From: Candidatus Micrarchaeota archaeon
GTDB taxonomy: Archaea; Micrarchaeota; Micrarchaeia; Anstonellales; JAHKLY01
Direction of reading: 5' to 3'
Assembly (NCBI GenBank): GCA_020854825.1
Contig: JAHKLY010000006.1
Span: 16,087-80,086 of the forward strand
DNA: 64,000 nucleotides
The notes below the pieces were generated by a model. The model did no database searches. It worked only from the letters and a program-made list of their open reading frames with translations, and was not told the origin of the DNA. Positions within the stretch are counted from its first letter, which is position 1. Each line of letters begins with the position of its first letter. This document shows, one piece after another, positions 57,021 to 64,000 of this stretch. Position numbers and translations under genes: made by a program.

Positions 57021-60000
57021 TCACTCTTCTCGCTTTAATTTTGTGAATACAATCTCTTCTTCTTGTTTGGGTTTTTTTCCTTTATAAAAGAAAAGTCCTC
57101 CTATGAGGAGAACTAATAAAATTGAAGAAGATACAATTAATAATATTGGACTTTCCCCAACTTCTAAATCTAATTGGTTTGAACTAGATAAAATCCTTAA
57201 TGTATCATAATATATCTTTGAACTTATTTTAAATGCTTCAACAAAATCTTCTTTGTTTAAATACTCATTTGCTTTTTTATATTCTTCTTTAATTGTAGCT
57301 AATTTATAATTTGCATCTGCTCCTAAATTTCTATTTTCTAATATCCCAATTGCAGTGCTTGTTTTTTCTATATACTCTTTTGTTTTTTCTTCAACATTAT
57401 TTACAATAATTTCTACCCCGCTTCTAGTAATATTAAATTCTCTAATCGATTCTCTAAAACTACTTATATATGCCCAATCTGATAATATTAATGTCTGTTC
57501 TTTTTCTAATTTAGTCTCTATTTCTGATATTGATTTTTTCATTATTTTAAGTTTTGCGTCAATATCTGTCAATGTATAAGAAAAAGATAAAATTGAATTT
57601 CCTTCTACTTTATATGTTTTTAATCCATTATAATACATCCTGTATTTAGGATATATAATATTTTCAAAATTACTTGTACTTTCCTTGGCATATTTTATTT
57701 CAGTAGATACTTCTGTTAGAGTAGATTTTCCAGCAGAACCTATTTTTACACTTAATGAATCTAATAATTTTTGAGTTTGGCCTAATAAGGGAATATCTTC
57801 TTTTGAAAGAGTTAATGCCCTAAGCTTAACCAAGTTTTCCTCTATTAAAGCCATTAAATTTGAAGCTTCTGGATCATCAATTCCACTTCTTATCCATACT
57901 GCACTTAATTGATTAAAATCATTCATTAACCCTTCTCTTATGGTTTTTAATGATGAAAATAAATCAAAACTTTGGGTTATATTTCTTGCTTTTTTTAGTT
58001 TATCAAATGCATCCGCATATTTTCCTAAACTAAAATCTAATTGTGAATCTTCTAAAATGGAATTTATTAAACTTAGATTCCCTAATAAATTAGTAGATGT
58101 ATTTGTTAAATTATTTTCATTTAATAAATCCACAGTTTCTTGTAAAGAATGCACTTCTTGTATTATATCTTCATATTCTTCTTGGTAACTACCTTGAGAT
58201 AATTCTTGAGATGCACTTCTGTTCTCTAAAACATAATAAAAGTGATAGACATGCCTTGCTTTTAAAATATCTGGAAGTTCAATTTTTGATGTTGTATCTA
58301 ATAAATACGTTTGTTTTGGAATTCCATTTATTTCAGTTAAAGTGGAGATTGTGTTTTCAGGTATGTCCTCAAATGAAAAAAGCATACTAACAGATATATC
58401 TGCATCAAAAGTGACTATTCTTCTAATTCTTTGATACTCCATTGTTGACTCTATAATTGTTTCTGAATGTGATACTTTTCTAAAAAATTTATCTTCAAGA
58501 TGAAATTTAATCTCATAAACTTGTCTAGGAGATACTTTAGACAATTCTATTATCAGATTACCTCCATTTTTTGATATATAAGAAATATCTTGAGATTTTA
58601 AAACTATATCTGAATTATATACTTCATATATAAAAGGTATTTCAAAACTTAACATAGAGTCATATGATAAATCCGTTGGGTTTGTGAATTTTACTATAAT
58701 ATCTAAATCAACTGATTCATCTAATACGGGTGTTTTTCCCCATAATACTTGGAGAGTATATTCTTTTTCAAATCTATTTTTAAGAACCTCTGGGGATTTA
58801 GAATTTAATACATTTAATATTCTATTATAATCTGTTAATATATCTTTAATATTACCGAGTGCTTTTTCATACTTAACATTTCCATCTTGATTAAAACAAT
58901 ATTCCCATTTTTCAAAAATTAATTTTTCGTTTCTTAAAGAGCTATCATATAAATACATCTTATATAATTTATTTTTAATTTCATTTCTTTTAGCGGTTAA
59001 TTCTGTTTCATACTTTTCATACGCAAGAGAATAAATATCCTTAATAAATCCCTCAATATCTAATTTAATTGAAGGAAAAATATCTGGTCCATACTCATAA
59101 GTAGTATAAAATCCATACCATGCTTTATACTCTAAAACATCAATTCCGTCTTTCTCAGCAGCTTTAATTATTTTATCAAATTCTGATAATACATTATCAA
59201 ACCCTAAATAAACTTCTTTACCTTCACAAATATCAATACATTCCTTTGAATTCAAATATGCAGATAAATATATATCATATCTCTCTCCAATAGTTTGAGG
59301 GTTAGAATTCAATAACTCTTCAGCTTCTAATTTATATGCTAATGCAAAAGCACGTGAAGTTTGGGATGCAGTGGGTATTTTTGAATTGCACTCCAATATT
59401 TTTTGTCTTGCATTTGTTTCCATCCAAAAAGCTAAATCATCAAATTCAGATAATAATTGATCTGAAGAAATTTGTGTTATTAAATACATATCATTTGCTA
59501 TAATTAATTTTTCAATCCCTTCTCCTAAATTGTTATCTCCATTTGTTTTATAACTTTTAACTCTATTATAATAATCATCTGCTTGAGAATTATAAACAAT
59601 TAGATTATGAAAAATATTCTGTAATTCCCATTCTAAATAGTCCCCTGGATTTATATCCTCGGGAGTGTCAATTTCAGTAATAAGATATTCTGCAGGAATT
59701 GCAGTTATTAAATCTATTCTCTCATTAGTCAATGTTATTAAATATGAATCTGCTAATTCTTTATTTTGTTCAGTTTCCGCTTTCATTAATTCAAATTCTG
59801 TGATTATTATTTCTTGTGCAATTTTAATTCTGTTATGTAATATTAATCCTTTTAATACTAAACTATTCTCTTTTCCTGCTAATGAATTAATAGAGACTGG
59901 AAGTGTGTTTAAAAACTGAAAATTCGGACCTATGGGCATAGATAATATTTCTTCTCTAATCTCTAAAACTTCTTGATATGTTGTTGAATACTGATTTGAT

Positions 60001-60746
60001 ATACTATTTACATTTGGATTAAAACCCGTTACCTCTTGAAAACTCATAACTTCATAAATCTGGTCTATTTCAATATACGTTTGTCTTGCTCCACCATAAT
60101 AATTCTCATAACCTGCACCTAAATTTTCAAGTACTATAAATTCCTTGTCAATATCTAAATATATATCATTAACTGCATTTACTGAATGTTTTAATACATT
60201 CATATAACTAGTTAAAACTCTTTGATATTTACCTAAAGACGACAAATAGTCTAAAACACATGTTGCTTCTATTCTATATGGATATGTAACTGTTTCATTT
60301 TCTTCTCTAACTCTACAACCTGAAGAGGATAATGTACCTCCTCTTCTACCACAGTCATGTATTATATTTATAATATAATTTGGCCCCCATTCAGAACATA
60401 TCGGTCTTTTAAAATACTCTAAATTGGATTTTCCCACAATAAGTTCCTGTTCTGCATTAATTATTTCTTCTTTTGCGTCTGGAAAATCATTCAATAGAGA
60501 TAAATCTGAAATTAAAAACACTTCATCTAATTTACTTGATGCTAAAGATTGGGCATAATCTGGTTTTGATAATTTTAAAGATAACAGATCTAATATATCT
60601 CTAGATATTAAATTGTTTGATGCCCAAGTTATATCTTCCCAAAAATAAGGTTCAAACCTATTATTAATAGTCCTAAAAGAATCAGCATTCAACATAGTTA
60701 TAAATAGAGCAATAAACAGAATAACCAATAATTTATAACCTCCCAT
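57021..60746 (-). CDS. Large (1241 aa) membrane-anchored surface protein
   Basis: N-terminal signal, long helical regions, central beta region, C-terminal TM followed by basic residues. Confidence 0.85.
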   Translation of the reverse strand: MGGYKLLVILFIALFITMLNADSFRTINNRFEPYFWEDITWASNNLISRDILDLLSLKLSKPDYAQSLASSKLDEVFLISDLSLLNDFPDAKEEIINAEQELIVGKSNLEYFKRPICSEWGPNYIINIIHDCGRRGGTLSSSGCRVREENETVTYPYRIEATCVLDYLSSLGKYQRVLTSYMNVLKHSVNAVNDIYLDIDKEFIVLENLGAGYENYYGGARQTYIEIDQIYEVMSFQEVTGFNPNVNSISNQYSTTYQEVLEIREEILSMPIGPNFQFLNTLPVSINSLAGKENSLVLKGLILHNRIKIAQEIIITEFELMKAETEQNKELADSYLITLTNERIDLITAIPAEYLITEIDTPEDINPGDYLEWELQNIFHNLIVYNSQADDYYNRVKSYKTNGDNNLGEGIEKLIIANDMYLITQISSDQLLSEFDDLAFWMETNARQKILECNSKIPTASQTSRAFALAYKLEAEELLNSNPQTIGERYDIYLSAYLNSKECIDICEGKEVYLGFDNVLSEFDKIIKAAEKDGIDVLEYKAWYGFYTTYEYGPDIFPSIKLDIEGFIKDIYSLAYEKYETELTAKRNEIKNKLYKMYLYDSSLRNEKLIFEKWEYCFNQDGNVKYEKALGNIKDILTDYNRILNVLNSKSPEVLKNRFEKEYTLQVLWGKTPVLDESVDLDIIVKFTNPTDLSYDSMLSFEIPFIYEVYNSDIVLKSQDISYISKNGGNLIIELSKVSPRQVYEIKFHLEDKFFRKVSHSETIIESTMEYQRIRRIVTFDADISVSMLFSFEDIPENTISTLTEINGIPKQTYLLDTTSKIELPDILKARHVYHFYYVLENRSASQELSQGSYQEEYEDIIQEVHSLQETVDLLNENNLTNTSTNLLGNLSLINSILEDSQLDFSLGKYADAFDKLKKARNITQSFDLFSSLKTIREGLMNDFNQLSAVWIRSGIDDPEASNLMALIEENLVKLRALTLSKEDIPLLGQTQKLLDSLSVKIGSAGKSTLTEVSTEIKYAKESTSNFENIIYPKYRMYYNGLKTYKVEGNSILSFSYTLTDIDAKLKIMKKSISEIETKLEKEQTLILSDWAYISSFRESIREFNITRSGVEIIVNNVEEKTKEYIEKTSTAIGILENRNLGADANYKLATIKEEYKKANEYLNKEDFVEAFKISSKIYYDTLRILSSSNQLDLEVGESPILLIVSSSILLVLLIGGLFFYKGKKPKQEEEIVFTKLKREE

Positions 60747-60797
60747 AACTATTTAATATATAGTAAAGTATAAAAATGTTATAGTTATAATTTTTTC

Positions 60798-62105
60798 ATG
60801 GGTTTTAACGACTTTTTAGAAAAAGCTGAAGAAGTTAGAAGAACAGTTGAAAAATTCAAGAACCCCTTAGTAGTACATCATTATGACTGTGATGGAATTA
60901 CTTCTGGTGCAATTACAATTAAGGCATTGCAAAATATGAATAAACCTTATAGAAATAAAGTATATAGGAAACTAGATGAAACTGCAATTGAAGAACTTAA
61001 AACTGAAAAAGAGATAATTTTTGTAGATTTAGGAGGGGGAACTGAATTAGTTAATGAATTAAAAGAAGAAATAGTCATTATAGACCACCATCAAACTAAA
61101 AATATTAACCATTTACAAATAAATCCTGAATTATTTGGTTATGATGGATGTTTAGGATTATCAGCTTCTGGTGCGGCTTATTTTACTTTTAAAACAAGTT
61201 CTGATTTAGCAATAGTTGGAGCATTAGGAGACGTTCAATATCCATTTAAGGAATTGAATTTAAAACTCTTAGATGAATCAATTCAAAGGAAAGAAATTGA
61301 AAAAACACAAGATATAACTCTATATGGTAGAGGAGCAAGACCCTTAATTCAGTTTTTATTATATTCTGATGACCCATACTTACCTGGGATTTCAAATAAT
61401 GAAAATGGAACAAAATCTTTTTTGGAGAGTACTGGCTTAATATTAAAAAATGAAACTTCTGAAAAATGGAAAACATATTATGATTTAAACGCAGATGAAA
61501 AAAAGATTTTAATAACCTCTTTAATTTCTTATTTATGTGATAAAAATCTAGTTGACTATTCAAAAAAATTGATTGGAGAAGTGTATCTTTTAAAAAATAG
61601 ACCTAAAAATTGTGAAATGTATGATGCAGTTGAATTTTCAACAATATTAAATGCATGTGGAAGAAATAATCGAACTGATATTGGATTGGGTGTTTGTTTA
61701 GAACACGATAAATATTATGAAGATGCAAAAAATCTTTTGTTGGTACATAGAAAAAATTTGAGAGAAGGAGTCCAATATGCTAAAAACCATATAGAAGATT
61801 TTGGAAAATTTTATTTTATAGATGCACGTGGAATAATTGATGAATCTATTATTGGTGTTGTCGCGGGTATGTTATTATCAAAAAGAGACAAACCGTTAAT
61901 AGCTGCTTCATTAGATGAAAATGGAAATATAAAATTTTCATCGCGCCTTCTTGATAAAGAAAGTGAACTTAATTTAGGTAAAATTTTAAAAGAAGTTTCA
62001 ATTCAAGTAGGTGGTATCGGAGGGGGACACAAATATGCAGCAGGCTGTACTATCCCTAATAATAAAATCAATGAGTTTTTACTTGAATTAAATAAGCATT
62101 TTTAA
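60798..62105 (+). CDS. DHH-family phosphoesterase, RecJ/GAN-like
   Basis: HYDCDG, FVDLG, IDHH, LNACGR, GGGH (DHHA1). Confidence 0.92.
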   Translation: MGFNDFLEKAEEVRRTVEKFKNPLVVHHYDCDGITSGAITIKALQNMNKPYRNKVYRKLDETAIEELKTEKEIIFVDLGGGTELVNELKEEIVIIDHHQTKNINHLQINPELFGYDGCLGLSASGAAYFTFKTSSDLAIVGALGDVQYPFKELNLKLLDESIQRKEIEKTQDITLYGRGARPLIQFLLYSDDPYLPGISNNENGTKSFLESTGLILKNETSEKWKTYYDLNADEKKILITSLISYLCDKNLVDYSKKLIGEVYLLKNRPKNCEMYDAVEFSTILNACGRNNRTDIGLGVCLEHDKYYEDAKNLLLVHRKNLREGVQYAKNHIEDFGKFYFIDARGIIDESIIGVVAGMLLSKRDKPLIAASLDENGNIKFSSRLLDKESELNLGKILKEVSIQVGGIGGGHKYAAGCTIPNNKINEFLLELNKHF

Positions 62106-62158
62106 CAATTTATAAATGTACCAAAAGCTTTTTATAGACAAAACACAATATTTTAATC

Positions 62159-62464
62159 ATGGCAAAAATATATACAGACATATTAGAAAATCCAGATTTC
62201 AAAAAATTTAAATCAGATATTGTTAAAGGACATCCATTATTTGAAAAAGTCAGAGATAATCTTAGAATGACTTGCGCATTATTTAAAGTTGAATATGATC
62301 CAATTGAAATGAAAATAAAGGATAATATTATTTCTGGTTATGATGCAACTAAAAAAGAAATAGTTTCATTTATCCATGAAAAAGATAAAACTATTTTAAT
62401 GGTTTATGATGCACCAAAAGGAAAACCCATAAAATTAGTAGATATAAAATATGCAGTTGTTTAA
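62159..62464 (+). CDS. Hypothetical protein
   Basis: 101-aa ORF, TTTTATA box about 25 nt upstream. Confidence 0.7.
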   Translation: MAKIYTDILENPDFKKFKSDIVKGHPLFEKVRDNLRMTCALFKVEYDPIEMKIKDNIISGYDATKKEIVSFIHEKDKTILMVYDAPKGKPIKLVDIKYAVV

Positions 62465-62512
62465 TTAAATAAATATTTATCTTATTATTTGACTTCTATT
62501 TTGTGTATTATT

Positions 62513-62755
62513 TTAAGTTATTTTTCTCCATGAGCCATTTATATATTCCCATAAAGAATCTGTAGTAGAATCATAAACTACTGAATGTTTATTTGCAATT
62601 TCTGTCGGTCTATCAATTTCTACAAAAACTTTATTTCTTAACCAAGATATCTCTTCCTTAAATGGATTTCTTTCAATAATATAAATCCTATTACGTTCTT
62701 TTTTTATCTTTTTACACCAATCTTTAACTTTTTGTATTTCTTTTCGTTTATCCAT
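62513..62755 (-). CDS. Hypothetical protein
   Basis: 80-aa ORF (ERNPF...VYDS...LWEY.NGSW), co-oriented with the upstream gene. Confidence 0.7.
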   Translation of the reverse strand: MDKRKEIQKVKDWCKKIKKERNRIYIIERNPFKEEISWLRNKVFVEIDRPTEIANKHSVVYDSTTDSLWEYINGSWRKIT

Positions 62756-62785
62756 AAAAAATATAAGAAGAACAAAAATAAAAAC

Positions 62786-64000
62786 TTATTTGTATCTTAA
62801 TAGCCCACGTCTTCTTTTCTTCCTTTCTTTTCTTATAATATATATCATAAATCCAAAAACTAGTAATACAGTTGCTGTTAATAATACCTTTGAATCCTGT
62901 TGAACTTCTATTTCTTCTTTTATTTCAGGAATTTCTCCAATTAACAAAGAACCAATTACTTCATATTTTTGAGAAGAATAAGTGTATCTACCTTCTTGCG
63001 AAGCTAAAAACCAAAATGATCCATTTTGATCTGTTGTATATGTACTTAAAGATACATCTGGATTTATTAAAGTTATTTCTTCATTTGGTACTGGATTTCC
63101 CTCTTCGTCTGTCACAAAGCAAAGCATTCTCTCTTCTGTTTGTTTACATTTTATACTTAATTTTATTTCTTCTTTTATTATAGGTTCTGGTTTTATTATA
63201 ATTTCCTCTTCTACTTGTTCTTCTATTAATTCTTCTTCAACTTCTGAATCTATTAAATCCTCTTCTTGTAAAATAGGTTGTTTTACAGGTGCAGCTCCAC
63301 CCCCACTAGATGGATATCTACGAGGAGGAACAAAAACACAACTAAATGTTTGATTTGCATATGTTTCATTGATATCAATATTGCAATCGCTTTCACGACC
63401 TGTTATTGCACAACAAATTTCATAATTTGAATCAATATAATATTGGATTAATATATTAGATGAATTACATATTGTATTAAATGGTCCAGTTATATGTTCT
63501 GTACAATAATCACATTCAACTTCTTGATTTTCTATATATGTTACATTTTTAAATCCGCAATTATTAGAATCATATTCTGTTTTATTTCTTTCTTGTGATA
63601 TTGTATCATTAATCCTGCATTCAGTAATATTATACCATTCTGACCAGGTTGTGTTTATTATGTTTTCTACACATGGTTCTTCACAAGTTATATCTTCTAT
63701 CGCTTGATACTCAAAATAGGTTTGGTTTTCAAATAATCCGCAATTATTAGAATCATATTCGATTCTAGATCTGGATTGATTTCTATGTGTTGTGTTGATA
63801 CATTCTTGATCTGACCAGGAGGACCATTCTGTAAATTGAAGGTCTTCTTCACATGGTGTTTCACATGTTTCATCTTCTACTGATTGGTATTCTGTGTATG
63901 TTACGTTTTCATATGTTCCACACACATTAGAATCATATTCTGTTAAGAATCTTGATTGGTTTCTGTGAGTTGTGTTTATACATTCTTCATCTGACCATTC
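62786..64000 (-). CDS. Cys-rich repeat surface protein, 5'-partial (thrombospondin-type-1-like repeats, Ig-like domain, C-terminal TM)
   Basis: Frame is open to the window edge (EWSDEECINTT...); WSxW..C..R.R..YDSN.C repeats; SSGGGAAP linker; TM and basic tail. Confidence 0.85.
   Translation of the reverse strand, partial: EWSDEECINTTHRNQSRFLTEYDSNVCGTYENVTYTEYQSVEDETCETPCEEDLQFTEWSSWSDQECINTTHRNQSRSRIEYDSNNCGLFENQTYFEYQAIEDITCEEPCVENIINTTWSEWYNITECRINDTISQERNKTEYDSNNCGFKNVTYIENQEVECDYCTEHITGPFNTICNSSNILIQYYIDSNYEICCAITGRESDCNIDINETYANQTFSCVFVPPRRYPSSGGGAAPVKQPILQEEDLIDSEVEEELIEEQVEEEIIIKPEPIIKEEIKLSIKCKQTEERMLCFVTDEEGNPVPNEEITLINPDVSLSTYTTDQNGSFWFLASQEGRYTYSSQKYEVIGSLLIGEIPEIKEEIEVQQDSKVLLTATVLLVFGFMIYIIRKERKKRRRGLLRYK
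63500..64000 (-). repeat. Intragenic tandem repeat, period 180-183 bp
   Basis: Anchor ATTAGAATCATATTC at 63563, 63746 and 63926. Confidence 0.9.

Noticed and set aside
129-63183. Many antisense ORFs in the track (e.g. 2444-2848, 11192-11659, 29581-30039, 33609-34064, 53370-54014)
   Set aside because: They are shadows of well-supported genes; their Phe/Leu/Ser-rich composition is expected from the A-rich sense strand
1-64000. tRNA, rRNA, transposase or integrase genes
   Set aside because: No GC-rich cloverleaf or rRNA-like segment and no DDE, HUH or tyrosine-recombinase motifs were seen by eye

Overview
Very AT-rich, gene-dense archaeal chromosomal segment with DPANN-like traits (possibly Micrarchaeota-like; this is inference). 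These traits include a class III signal pilin starting KKGQAAMEYLMTYGW, a tandem Lrp regulator, and Cys-rich surface proteins. Operon-internal genes use GGTGA/GGAGG Shine-Dalgarno motifs and first genes are often leaderless. The core is the large archaeal ribosomal superoperon (uL3 to eL34, 23.3-37.9 kb, with SUI1, Rpp29, SecY, Adk and DUF106). Also present are the uS15-eS1-NAC-TPR, uL1-uL10-P1 and eL14-Cbf5 units, plus valS, DNA ligase, FEN1, MBF1, TrxB, site-2 protease, Mre11, SMC, a RecJ/GAN-like DHH protein, two beta-CASP nucleases, translin, PyrH and Cmk. I saw no tRNA, rRNA, CRISPR array or transposase. Most interesting signals: (1) an outer-membrane-type ~14-strand beta-barrel-like protein in an archaeon; (2) a tandem pair of orphan paralogues, each with two copies of an unrecognised helical repeat and a C-terminal Bro-N-like domain; (3) three structured ribosomal-protein mRNA leaders (a permuted L1-binding-site mimic covering the SD, a uS15 hairpin, and a four-hairpin uL3 leader); (4) a small protein ending in a ribosomal P-stalk-like motif, while uL10 here lacks that motif; (5) an orphan antitoxin-like remnant and phased operator-like repeats. 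All functional calls come from motif recognition by eye, not from database searches.
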